DNA of 63,197 bases, filler included, from Circinaria calcarea (taxonomy: Eukaryota), in assembly GCA_051942165.1 (NCBI GenBank). It is 13 parts of 13 records of this genome, joined end to end, with 100 filler letters (N's around TTAATTAATTAA, not from the genome) between each part and the next. Parts side by side here need not be neighbours in the genome. Positions count along the whole stretch, not along the records: positions 24,378 to 29,147 come from JAVECS010002190.1; positions 29,248 to 34,015 come from JAVECS010002191.1; positions 34,116 to 38,882 come from JAVECS010002192.1; 10 more parts are not named here. The stretch is one strand, 5' to 3'. The position numbers were made by a program, and so were the translations under genes. Below the pieces are notes generated by a model that saw nothing but the letters and a program-made list of their open reading frames with translations, had not been told where the DNA came from and made no database searches. Below are positions 24,378-35,822 of the stretch, piece after piece. The first letter of the stretch is position 1. Each line of letters begins with the position of its first letter.

Positions 24378-25499
24378 CAGAGCCGAGAACTGGGTAACAT
24401 TGCCCAGGTTGATTGGTCAACATGGTCTACGGAAGCGCACTGGGTACCGCTCCGGCTACGCGTCTGTGTCAGCTACTGCTTTAGCGCCACAAACCAGCCA
24501 ACGTCGCTACGCCAGCATTACTGCTTCGCCATCAGCTCGACCGTCTCGGAGAACATCATTCGGGGCCCTCCGCCCTCATGATATTCCCACCTCACAGCCA
24601 ACCGTTGCCCCGGCCTTAGAACGAGGCATAACTTTCATCCAAGTCTTGAATGCCACTCTTGCCTTCTGATAAGGAACTAGCTTGATGACCTGTCCACACC
24701 TGGGCGATTGTGTCAACCCTCTACGTTTGGGATACCTTGGAGGACTATCCATTTAGTTCAGGGTCAAGTTTTGTTTGGCCACACGATGTGAGATTACCGT
24801 AATGATCCTAAACGACTCACCTCACGTCATCCGTTGAGAAACACGATCAGTAGGATTTCTATTTAATGTCGAGCAGCACCATTACCGGGGACGATGAATT
24901 CCACTTGATTTAGTGCTGGCATACGTTAGGGGATGTATGTTAATCTCGGGTATCCATGAAACTGGATTGTGTGTATGTTAGTTTAGACATGGCGGCTTTG
25001 GCCGTGGCTCGATACAGCTGGTGCTAAGAATCTCAGCTTCTCCTAGTGACAAGGGTTTCAGGGAGCAGAGTAATGATATGGATTCCCCTTTAGAGTCAAT
25101 ACATAATTCGCTCGATGACTTGATTATAATTGGGTTTTCTTTTTGGATAGTTGCACTCATGAAAACATCGGAGTTAGGGCTGGGGAGGTCGGAAACTTCC
25201 CGACGCTGATGCTAGAATTAGGTTCATCGACAAGTCCTTAAGTATTCAAACGGTATTTCCTTGGTAGTTAATTGCTTCCAGAATGCTCTGGTACACTCGA
25301 GAATCAAAAGACATATCCTTTCCGGACCACAAGACCCCCTAAGCTCACCCGGGAAGAAAGATTGACCATGTTCCGCCGGCTCATCGGGCTAATTATTACC
25401 GTTTTTTCTATCGGAACTTTGATTATCTGCTAACTTTGGGGGCTTGAACAAGCACAGCCATAGTAAATTACCCTTCAACCAATAAACTCCATATCAAAA

Positions 25500-26366
25500 A
25501 TGGAGCAACCGGTTCTCTGCTTGAGAGGTGGAGGAGCAGATGCCAAACGTAGAGAAGACCGGAAGAGGAAGTTTGCACATCTTCAGAAGTCTTCCAACAC
25601 GGTCAAACTTGCTGGAGACGTGTGTGAGGCTGAACTCGAAAGTGGACCAAATTCGAAAAAGAAAAAGAGCAGGATTGAAACTAAGACCGGATCTCCAGCT
25701 GTACAATTCGGGATCGAAGCGCAGTGTGAGGGAAACGAGAGGATCCAAGATCGAGAGGCTTCTGAGGTTCAGGTCAAACGGTCGAACAAGTCGCAGCGCT
25801 TTATATGCTTTGTCGGTGGGTCAGGCTGTCATCATAAAAGCGTGACGCCAACGTTTTTCGCTGATCATGAGTAAGCTAGCTAGGTAATCTACCATTCACT
25901 GCTACCACGGGGTCCATAAGCAAGCACTTCGCGAAAGTGCAGCCGACGTCTGTTCGTCACCGAACTACAAAAGACACAGGGAAATCAAAAGGCTTTGCCT
26001 TCCTTGAGTTTGGGGGTTACGATCGCATGAAAACATGCCTTAAGCTTTTTCATCATTCGATATTTGATGATGGTCTCTCGCCCGCACGAAAGGTCAATGT
26101 AGAGCTGACGTAAGTACAATCGATTGACGTATACCAATTGCTGTGACTGATGGTCATGCAGAGCTGGAGGAGGAGGTGCCAAGAGCAAAGATAGAAGAAC
26201 GAAGCTGTTTGCCAAAAATGAAAAACTCAATGAGGAAAGATGTCGCCAGACTCAAGGGCAGGAGTGCAAGGGTCGAAAGCCAGGCAAAGAAGCCACTCAA
26301 GAATTGCCTGCAGACGAAACCAGCGTGATCCATCCAAGTAGGAGAAGCAGGGTGTTAGATACATGA
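25500..26366 (+). CDS. NOP6: Nucleolar RRM protein, Nop6-like
   Basis: RFICFVG / NLPFTAT (RNP2), KSKGFAFLEF (RNP1), RKVNVELT / AGGGG, C-terminal IHPSR. Two introns; stop TGA at 26364-26366. Confidence 0.85.
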
Positions 26367-26624
26367 ACACATAGGCCAGACATTCTGAGAATTATTTTGC
26401 GCCATCGACTGTCAAAGTTGAAGATCGATCGGTTGTTCCGAGAAAATACATTGGGCTGCAATAATATTAACAGGGAGTTTCTGCAACAATATTGTTTAGC
26501 TGTCTCTGAGATTTAAGCTTCACATCGAAGATTTTCCATGCGAGGTGCTTCGATTTTAATTCAATTTCGCTCGTCTAAAAGCTACAGAGAACAAGACGGG
26601 GAAACCACTAGGCCACCAAAAAGC

Positions 26625-26682
26625 GAGCGCCCATGGGATTCAACCCCAATAATATTGATGTTCCCCGCCTGACTACGCGCTC
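26625..26682 (-). other. tRNA-like truncated element (possible tRNA pseudogene or Pol III relic)
   Basis: Minus strand: GAGCGC...GCGCTC terminal stem, A-box-like TAGTCAGGCGG, T-arm-like TGGGGTTGAATCCCA and a T5 run just downstream. Only 58 nt, with no anticodon arm. Confidence 0.35.
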
Positions 26683-27334
26683 CTAGCTATCGTCAAGGCA
26701 ATCTAAATAAGCCTTTAATTACAAAATGAATCGATAGCGTATAATGTTAAAATGCTATGTTAAAGCTATAGAAATTGATTTTTGATGGATTCATCGATAC
26801 TATTTAACAGATCCACGATTGGTAATAGAAAGTATTTGTTAAGTTAATGAATGCATTTTATTAAATTTATAACCTCCAGCTCAATCAGGTAGCTTGGCGG
26901 ATGTCACCTAATCCCGTTGACTATTTTGGTCAAAATACAGTTTAAGAATGCTGTTGCAGAACCACTTTAATACGTGATGACCATGTTCTAAGAACAATAA
27001 CAATCCAACTACCAAATCACTCTACTTGTACAGAGTTTTAAACGTGATAATAAATGTCAATATAACATTACGATAAAATGAGCCCTCTGTCCATTATAAG
27101 CCCGCCTAATGTCTATGTTCAAACTCCATGAAACTCCGATTGAAGATGAACCATGACATCCTGGCAAACACGCCACTCCAGCGCTCGGACCTTATAACTA
27201 ATCGAATCCACGCAGTAAGTTTACCACAGCCTCCGATTTAGGTGGGCAAAAGCGCCATCTCAGCCTCCTCTTATCATCTTTGTGTTGGAAAGCACGATGT
27301 TGCGCGCCTACAGGAAGACTCACGATAGTCTTGA

Positions 27335-28166
27335 CTAGAGAATCATACATCCCCTCTTTTTGACTGGTTTGTTGACCGGTCGAGGACTTAAAACAGCACT
27401 GTGTACCATCAGCTGTAGGCCCCAATCCACTTTTCGTTCCAAGATTTTACCGAATTGCTTCATCAAAGACACTCTTCAGATTCCTTTGGGTAAGGGCAGA
27501 ACATTCTAAATACTTTGTGGCACGAATCTCCCTCGACACGGTCAAGGCTTGTTCATATGACACGGGCTCCATTCGCTTCTGTCGCAACCCTTCGATGACA
27601 GCTCGATCTTCTCTAAGGTCCAACTTGGTGCCGACCAGGATGATTGGAACGTTGGGAGCATGATGTTCGATCTCCGGATACCACTTGGCTTTCACGTTAT
27701 CAAATGATGGCGGGCTGACAATGGAGAAGCAAATGAGAAACACATCTGTCTGTGGGTACGACAATGGTCTTAGTCTATCGTAATCTTCCTGACCAGCCGT
27801 GTCCCAAAGTCCCAGGCTGATCGGTTTCCCATCAACCATCACACTCGCAGAGTAATTGTCGAAACTGCACAGCCGAGTCATCAGCCGTGGCGGTTTCTTT
27901 CGAACCGCAATCTAGGCGACCTACACCGTGGGGATATACTCTCCGGGGAACGCATTCGTAGTATATGATATGAGCAAGCAAGTCTAGCAAGTTTAGCCAA
28001 ATAGCATGGTAATATTTTCTCCGAATCGACTCACCTTGCCAACGGCGCCGTCACCTGTGACTACGCACTAGATCACGCTGGTATCAGCCCTACTGAAACA
28101 CTCCTCAGTTCAAACAAGAAGGCGTGTGCGAACCTTGAGTGACTTGGTAGCCGGCGCAGCGGCCAT
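27335..28166 (-). CDS. RAC1: Rho-family small GTPase Rac
   Basis: [11 protein letters not shown] / [11 protein letters not shown] / [20 protein letters not shown] / [59 protein letters not shown] / [11 protein letters not shown] (CAAX). Four introns. Confidence 0.97.
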
Positions 28167-28639
28167 ATTGTGGATATTGCGTAAAAGGAAAAGGAAGTAG
28201 TTCAGGTAGATGTCCGCTGGGAAGTGTTGAGGACGTACTAGACTTGAAGACTTAGAATATGCAGTAGGAGCACGGGATATTTGGGAGACTGCACTGCGCA
28301 CTAGGAAACCGTCACAGCAACTACAATGCAACCCTTTTTGGGTTCCGACCGGGAGGAACGCCTCCAGGTGTCGGACGGCTAATGCAGGATATACGATATC
28401 AGTGTGCTTAGACAAAATTATGATGACGAAAATACGACCTAGTGCTGTCCACTTCGGTGGTATCAGAAGGCCGTATTGGCAGCTTCAGGGCTAAACTGGG
28501 TTCGAATCCGAAGCAGTTGCTTTGATCATCACTGAACTTCCAAGCTGGTCGCAATGACCCCCTAGCGTCAAGCCATGTAACCTTGTCACAGAAACTCAGA
28601 CTACTTTTGCTTCGCTGCCGCGTATTTTTCGGAATAACT

Positions 28640-28876
28640 ACATATAGTTAATCCATGCTAAAAATAGCGTGCGCGCGAAATATAATTTAAAGTTTTATAT
28701 AATAATTTTAATAACGGGAATAATATTATTATACAAAAATAATATTTTCGAATTAATTAATAATAAATTAATAATATTAAATATAATTTATAATATTTAT
28801 ATAAAAATTTTACCGGAGAACCCCTACGAACCCTACGGGGGAATTATATACCGAGGTCACGAGGTATTAATTTAAC
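28640..28876. repeat. AT-rich island, probable RIP-degraded repeat relic
   Basis: Abrupt, extremely AT-rich and TpA-rich patch that retains CpG/GC islets, within otherwise moderate-GC DNA. Confidence 0.55.
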
Positions 28877-29147
28877 GAGAAAGTGTAAGAGCGCTGCAAT
28901 CCTTGGGGCCTAATGAGGAATATGTTAAGTCCCGATTGGTGATAGCACGGTCACATAGGGTGTAGTTGAACTGTTGCCCTAGGCTCAATAGTATGGAGTC
29001 TATTGAACACGGTCTATAAGCATGCTATTCTAAAGAGCGGGAATAGCCTGCTATATATACTGGTTGAGCACACGGAGCGCGCTGAGCACTCCCATGCTCC
29101 CAGCGCTCCCACTGCTCACCCCCGGAGCGTACTGAGCATGGTGAGCA

Positions 29148-29247
29148 NNNNNNNNNNNNNNNNNNNNNNNNNNNNNNNNNNNNNNNNNNNNTTAATTAAT
29201 TAANNNNNNNNNNNNNNNNNNNNNNNNNNNNNNNNNNNNNNNNNNNN
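29148..29247. other. Artificial contig linker
   Basis: 44 N + TTAATTAATTAA + 44 N. Confidence 0.99.
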
Positions 29248-29599
29248 CCTTTCGGCCGAGTTCTGTTCTGTTCAGTTTATAAAAAACCAGCGGCTTCTTT
29301 CACGTATACGGGGATAGAATACCTGAGAAGAGAGAAGAGGGGAAGAGGAGGATTTTTCGGACATTGATGCGTTTTTTTGTGAAAAGGATGTGGAAGGATG
29401 TGAAAGGGGATGAGGAGGAGGGGGGTGCGTGGGAAAGGCGTAGGGAAGGGTGGAGGAATTTGAAATCCCAGGGACAGCTATAAATCTGTGAATCTGAAGA
29501 GAAAAGGGGGGGGGGTTTGGCATGTAAAAGGAAGCATATAGAATAGGGGAAATCTTGATCCCCTGAGCTGCATTCTCGCATCTAGTTAAAACGTTGAGT

Positions 29600-31900
29600 C
29601 TACAATTTATACCCCCCGGCCCCTTTGCCACCTGTCCCACCCTTCACAGGTCCCCCCTCTACATCCCTGACTTCGCCTTTCTTCCCGATGACTCTTACCC
29701 CGCCCCTCTTCAACTCCTTCACCACTTCCTTCTTCTCTGTTGCTCCCTTGCCCTCCCGGCCAACTTTCCTGTCCCCGGTTCCATTTCCACCCGTGGCGTT
29801 CTCCTTCTTTCCTACAACGCCACCGGCTTTACGGATCCGTTCTTTCTCTCTCCTGCGCCAACGCAACTTCTGCTCCCGCGTCATTTCTTCCCTGCCGACC
29901 GGCTTTCCGCCAGCAATGACTTCCCCCGTGACCTTCTCTTCGCCGGGCTTGTAGACTTCCTGCGGCGCCAGCATACTCGCTCCCCCACCCACCCCACTCG
30001 GTCGTGCATCTTCCATGCGCACGGCCGGCACGTCCGACACGACGCTGATGGTGACTTCGGGTGGTTTGGGCTTGTAGTGCCAGTTGCTTAAGGCGTCCAG
30101 TTTCCCCGCCACGTCCTTCCACAGCCGTTCGATCTCCTCGTGTTGGCGCCGAAGTTGGGCATCTCGTTTGTCACCGTGGCCGGTAGGGTCGACGCGCGCG
30201 AGGTGCTCTTCTTCATAGACTTCGGCGAGACCACGCTTATCACGCGTGTCCTCCAGTTCGAGTCTTCCTCGCCGCACATTAGGTATAGGCACGGCACCTG
30301 GTCTGCGGCGGATCACTTCGTCGAATTCTCGGGCTAGGATGCGTCGTTTGATGAGAGCTTCAATGTCTTCACTGACTTCTTTTGTTACGACCGTGACAGG
30401 TTTCCCGGCCCGTTCGAATTCTAGGTCTTCTTCTAAAAGAGAGTTGATAGGGCGCTCAGCAGCACGGGCCTCCCCTGATAGAGTCCAGCTACGTTTCGCC
30501 ACATTTGCAGCTTCCAGTTGACGAATCTGGGCGGAGAGAGCGGCTTGACGTTTCTGGTGAGTAGAGAGGTTGTTGTTTCCAGGGGTGGACGTGGGTTCTA
30601 GGTTCGAGTCTTCCGAGTGCTCAGAGAGGTCATCCTCAAAGAGGTCGCGACGGACGGCAGAGATAGTACGTTGGATGTCATCTTCGGTTGGTTGGGACTG
30701 GGAGGAAGGAGGGGTTTGGGTTTTAGGGAGGGCGCGGCGGCGGGAGGACTTTGTAAGGGCACGAGGCGGAGGAGCGAAAAAGTCGGCGTATTTGATCTCG
30801 TTAGTGTTGGTATCCATCATGCCATCAATCCCATCCGCATTATCATCAGAGTCCGATGTATTAGGGGCGTCTAAATCTGCATTTCCAAAAGTAGGGCCGT
30901 CGTCATCAGAATCATCGTTGTCATTACTTTTACTATTCAACCCGTCTCGATTCTCGAGGCGAGTCAAGGGTCGCCCCATTGGATCAGCATCCCAGTCGAT
31001 TTCCTCCTCGTCGCTTGCTGCACCATCATTTGGGTCTCCCCGGGCATCTTGCTGTTCGAGAAATTCCGAGGTACGATTGAAGTCGTCTATCGAGAAGAAC
31101 CCGTCGTTCAGACCATGCTTGTCTGGGACGAAAGACTCCGCCGCTTGTTCCTCACCCGTTTCATCATTTATCTCCAGGTCTACATCATCCATCTCAATAT
31201 CCTCTCCATTTTCTACCTCATCTTCATCTTCATCTCCACCTTCACTCCCGTCAATCAGTTCCTCATCAAGAAGCTCTTCCTCAAGTTCGACATCATCCGG
31301 GGAGACTTTATCCTCAGACGTGCCATCAGCCTCTAGATTATCCGTTTCGGGATCCTCCTGTCCAGAATCGTCAATCTCAAAGCCATCCTCATCAAATCTA
31401 ACGGCTTTGATATCATCTTGGGGCCCAGTAATTGCTGAAGCTTCCTCCCTGTCCCGATCATGCAGTAATTCGGGCAAATATCTCTCAACCTCTTGCCGGC
31501 TGGCATCCAACACTCTTCTTGCCTGTTCCCAGACTTGCTCCGTGCCGAAACCTTCGAGGTGGACCTGCTTTAATCGCAACACCCTCCTGGTCTCTCCATT
31601 ATCCCCTTGGCCCCTCTTCCTCTTCTTTCGCGCGGCTTCAAGTCGCTGCTCTTGAGCTTGGCTGACCGATGTAGCAAGAGGATCGAGATATCGCTTGGCG
31701 AGTAAGAGAGTGGCAGTATGTAAACTTGGGGTCGGTTGGAGGAAGGTATACGATGAGTCCGACAGCGTGGAAAGAATCAGCTGATCCGAAGAGGGATGGA
31801 GATCGGCGGGCGCAGGGTGTACAGGTGAGGCTATCAAAGTCCGAGACGAGAGCGAGAGCGAGGCGGACTCCAAAGGATTGGTCGTCATCTGTGGTGCCAT
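29600..31900 (-). CDS. MPP10: U3 snoRNP protein Mpp10
   Basis: Acidic intronless ORF with EQVWEQ, LNDGFFSIDDFN, IKYADFF, WTLSGEARAAERPINSLLEEDLEF, IEALIKRRILAREFDEVIRR, KLDALSNWHYKPKP, MEDARP and LAPQEVY. Start is 31900 or 31909. Confidence 0.96.
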   Translation of the reverse strand: MAPQMTTNPLESASLSLSSRTLIASPVHPAPADLHPSSDQLILSTLSDSSYTFLQPTPSLHTATLLLAKRYLDPLATSVSQAQEQRLEAARKKRKRGQGDNGETRRVLRLKQVHLEGFGTEQVWEQARRVLDASRQEVERYLPELLHDRDREEASAITGPQDDIKAVRFDEDGFEIDDSGQEDPETDNLEADGTSEDKVSPDDVELEEELLDEELIDGSEGGDEDEDEVENGEDIEMDDVDLEINDETGEEQAAESFVPDKHGLNDGFFSIDDFNRTSEFLEQQDARGDPNDGAASDEEEIDWDADPMGRPLTRLENRDGLNSKSNDNDDSDDDGPTFGNADLDAPNTSDSDDNADGIDGMMDTNTNEIKYADFFAPPPRALTKSSRRRALPKTQTPPSSQSQPTEDDIQRTISAVRRDLFEDDLSEHSEDSNLEPTSTPGNNNLSTHQKRQAALSAQIRQLEAANVAKRSWTLSGEARAAERPINSLLEEDLEFERAGKPVTVVTKEVSEDIEALIKRRILAREFDEVIRRRPGAVPIPNVRRGRLELEDTRDKRGLAEVYEEEHLARVDPTGHGDKRDAQLRRQHEEIERLWKDVAGKLDALSNWHYKPKPPEVTISVVSDVPAVRMEDARPSGVGGGASMLAPQEVYKPGEEKVTGEVIAGGKPVGREEMTREQKLRWRRREKERIRKAGGVVGKKENATGGNGTGDRKVGREGKGATEKKEVVKELKRGGVRVIGKKGEVRDVEGGPVKGGTGGKGAGGYKL

Positions 31901-33077
31901 GATGGCCATCTCACATAACGTAATCGATCTCGAGGATTGAGATAATTGATATTGCACATGAAAAACATTTGCACGTTGATTAAAAGCTGCTAAGCGGGAG
32001 ATCTGCAAGCGCTAACGGTTAGACTCATCGGCCCCGCAAGATTCGAGGCCGTCTTTCCGAGCATGACATGCGACGACTTGCTTGATCGGGTAGGTCGGAA
32101 CGCACAAACTGCGGTGGTTGTCTTCGGTCATGTTGTCGTCGTGGCCATATGTTTATCATCGTGCATTAGTGATGCTCGACTGCTCCTCAGAGGGAGAGTT
32201 CGCCAAGCATGACTGACCGTTTCTGATTTGTTACGGAACCAACTCCCTTCCCTTTCATCGATGATGTGCTATTTTCGAGGCTAGATGGGAGCAATCTGCT
32301 GGAGGGGTTTAGTTGCGGAGTGGGCGTTGCAGGTTGGACAAGATTGGTGCTCTTCTACGGAGGTACACTCCCTGATCGTGATGGCAAGATGCGTGGATGA
32401 ATATTTACGTAAGTCTTCAGCGTGGCGTCGACCTCTCCCCATTGCACTGGATTCCAAAAGACTCCGATTGATATCGAATGGCTACACGCTTAGAGGCATC
32501 CAGTCATCGGGGCCAAACAGCGGGGGACGGAAGCCATTTTTTTGCGCGGGTGGGTGGCAACCCCTGGAGAACCCGGGGATTCGCTGTTGGTCCCTGATCG
32601 GTAAATCTTAAATCTTGGGGGCAAGCTACTGGTAACCTGGCTAGCGCCGTTGGTCCCTGGAAATTGTCTACAGTCCCTCATGTACGACCTCAGATACTCG
32701 AGTTCCCATGCACTCCTTATGCCCCATTGAGCACATTTACAAAGCCATCACAGCTGGCCGGGCTTTATCATTCACGGTATTATATGATTGTTACGATTTC
32801 TAATGTATACTACTGCCCACATCTTCCCTTTCCATCGGCAAGAGTCTGCATCTTTCCCGTTACTGGTACATGTGGAACCACCCTGGAGCCTGCTGATCAT
32901 TAGTGCAGCGGCCATCTAGAACTTCCCCACATCACTCCCAAACTCGGCAAACATTTAGCCTGAAGGAGCGGCCGTTCAAGACTTTTTAAGGAAGCCATTG
33001 GCACAACACTTGCACCCATTGCGTTGCCATAATCTTCTCGGACAACTCCTTTTGGTCAAGCAAAAGATTTAGGTGAG

Positions 33078-34015
33078 ATGAAGTACGGCGATACTCTCGA
33101 ACAGCGTTCCATCCCTGGCTGGGGTCCATGTGAGATCATCCCACATGCCATGGTCAGAAGAGAAACTAATTGCCATTGCTAAACCCAGACAACCTCGACT
33201 ACAATGAAATCAAGTACCTCATCAAAGCTCAGACGTCCCAAGGTCAGGCCCAAGCAATCACGATACCGGGCCAGAGCAATGACCAGAAGCAATTGGAAAC
33301 GTTTGAGGAGGATTTATACAAGGAACTAGTCAGTCAGTATCAACGAATTGACCTTTTCGTTCGCAGCAAATCGGGGGAGATCTCAAGGCGATTGGATCAT
33401 CTGCAGAAGCAGATTCTACATCTGTCTTCGTTAAGACAGACCGGAACTCAAAAACGGATCTCGGTAAGACGACTTGAGAGATATTCCAAGATTGAAGGCG
33501 AAGTCCTCAAGGCAGGCGAGGAGATCCAATCACTCTCACGTTTTGTTGGCGCACAGCGGCTCGCTTTTCAGAAGCTCTTGAAAAAGTACAAGAGATGGAC
33601 TGGCTCGTCGTCTTTAGGCGCTCGATTTCAGCCTGACGTTTTGAACCGTCCCGAGGGATTTGCACAAAAGGACTTTTCCCCACTCTTATCACACTGGACA
33701 AATGTCTTGGCAGCTGTAAGAGCGCCTTTTGATGCTGGTTTCTCGTGGAAGGGACCTTCTGCTGTCATAGAAGGAGTTGCACCATCCCTTCCACCGGCTG
33801 CACCTTCATCACGTCAATTTAAAAGCGTCACAGGAGAAACCGCAACAAAAGCACAAAATCCTACTGTCCCAAATACAAATGCTGCGGATCTTCAACGTAT
33901 TTGCAACGACGGCTGTGATGTTGATCTCGACACTGCGCTTGCGACGATACCATTAGGTGGCTCAGCTGAAAAGGCCGTATATTGGATACATCGAGATAAT
34001 CTAGTGCAAATTCAT
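33078..34015 (+). CDS. SPX-domain protein (VTC-like family); 3' truncated
   Basis: MKYGDTLEQRSIPGWGPY / NLDYNEIKYLIK (one intron), FEEDLYKELVSQYQRIDLFVRSKSGEISRRL, AQRLAFQKLLKKYKR, YWIHRDNLVQ. Confidence 0.88.
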
Positions 34016-34115
34016 NNNNNNNNNNNNNNNNNNNNNNNNNNNNNNNNNNNNNNNNNNNNTTAATTAATTAANNNNNNNNNNNNNNNNNNNNNNNNNNNNN
34101 NNNNNNNNNNNNNNN
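34016..34115. other. Artificial contig linker
   Basis: 44 N + TTAATTAATTAA + 44 N. Confidence 0.99.
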
Positions 34116-34320
34116 AAACGGTTCGAGGAACTTGATATTATATTGCTATTCTACTACCGTGTTACTTTGCAAGTCCAAAGTCTATATAAGTCTAAAGCGT
34201 TTTGCCAGTTTTGCCTTACACTTCTATTGAGTCAGTTCTGGACTTCTAATAAATCCCTTTGCAAAGCCATGTGGAACTGATCATTGCCGCTTAAGTCATG
34301 ATGATTTTCCCTGACATCGA

Positions 34321-35822
34321 TTAAGGGGATTCGTCCGTATAGCCGTTGAAGGCCGAAGGCTTGGTCTGGAATTTCACTTCCATGACGGCAACGAAACTTC
34401 CGGGCAATCTGTGGACTTGGGCCAAATTGAGACGCGGGTCTGCTTTCTTGAACAGAACTTCCCAGTCTTCAGCAGTACGCTCCTTTGCATTAAGGGAGAC
34501 AAGCATTTGCATATCGAGGAGCCTGAGGCGTTAGTAAAACAGCACATCAGTGTTACATGATATATCGGAAACGTACCTAGCTTGCTTTTCCAATACCCTG
34601 TTGATCGAACCCGATGCGGGCAAGATTCTCTCGTTAATCAGGAGAGTAGATCCATCCTTGAGAGCTGGTATGATGTTACGCAGAATCTTAATGCAGTTGT
34701 CGTCGTGCCAGTCGTGCAGGATGAAACGAAGGAAGTAAACCGGGTTCTTCTCGTGCATGGGTGGTTGAGGCTTGAAGAAGTCGAACGGCATGAATTCGAA
34801 CCGAGGCTTAAGTTCAGGGCTCAACTCCTCCTCGCCAGTGGCAAGGGTTCCAGCGTAATCCTGGATGACGAACTTAAGCGTTGGGTTGGCCTCTGCGATA
34901 GCGGCGCTGACGTGGCCCTTTGATCCGCCAACCTATTGAGATCACTCATCAGTAGTTTTCTTATTAGCATTGGTATATCTCTGTTTACATCTACAACGGT
35001 AGCTTCCCCAAGCTTCTTAAAATCAAAGGTCTTGGGTACGTTCGCTGCGTCGTAAGGTCCTCCAGGAAGACTGAGAGACTTCATAGCCATTCCAAAACGC
35101 TCCTGTCTGTCTGGGTGATGTTCGAAGTATTGGAAGATGTCCATTTTAGTGTCAAACGCTAACTGGAAGCCGGTTTCGGAACTGCTGCCACTGTAGGACC
35201 TGTACTTCTCTAGGATATCGGTTGTGCATGCTCCAGCAGGATACACATCTTCAAGATTGTGACCTATCCAGGCATGAACATATTTGTTCGAGAAAATCGC
35301 CTTTGACATGCCAGTGTGGGCAAAGTAACCAGATCGGGTTGGTTTGAATATTCCATTAGTCATAGAGTATTGTATAATACGCTTCGTGCGCTCCTCGTCC
35401 AGTCCAACCTTCTCGGATACCTCTTGAAAGGAGATTTCACCTTCCAAAGGTACAGCCTGCGCGATGTTGAATCGGTAGAGTGACCTTAATGCTGCACAAT
35501 CATGATGCTAGACCAAAGTCAGCTGAGCATAAATACAGCCCAAAATACTTTGTTTCAGATAGCTTACACTAAATGATATCGCCCTAACGCTCTCCGTTGG
35601 TCCGCTGACCAGCGAGTTCAGCAACCTTGTTGCTTCCAGAAGCTTGAATCGTGCAGCCGTTACTTGAGGGAAAGACGGTGGTACAGGGAATTCCGCTGGT
35701 CCATCTACCTCAAGTGAGAGTTGAGGGAAGCCTTGCTTGTTGATGCAGTCACCAATGACCTTTGAGCACTCCGATATGGTCTTAGTCAGTCCTTCGAGCG
35801 TGATATCTTGAATGGGTTCCAT
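34321..35822 (-). CDS. SAM-dependent O-methyltransferase (Methyltransf_2, fungal secondary-metabolite type)
   Basis: MEPIQDITL start, YRFNIAQAVP, RFGMAM, TVVDV / GGSKGHVS (SAM motif split by an intron), FMPFDFFKPQP, YFLRFILHDWHDD, NAKERTAEDW. Three introns; TATATA about 100 bp upstream. Confidence 0.93.

Noticed and set aside
28455..28516. tRNA gene around a perfect B-box GGTTCGAATCC (28499-28509)
   Set aside because: The T-stem pairs poorly and no acceptor or anticodon stem can be built; at most an isolated TFIIIC site
28669..28875. 68-aa I/N/Y/K-rich ORF resembling a mitochondrial gene
   Set aside because: Composition follows from the AT-rich patch; no recognisable motif
30570..31655. 361-aa Ser-rich plus-strand ORF
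   Set aside because: Antisense shadow of the acidic MPP10 coding region
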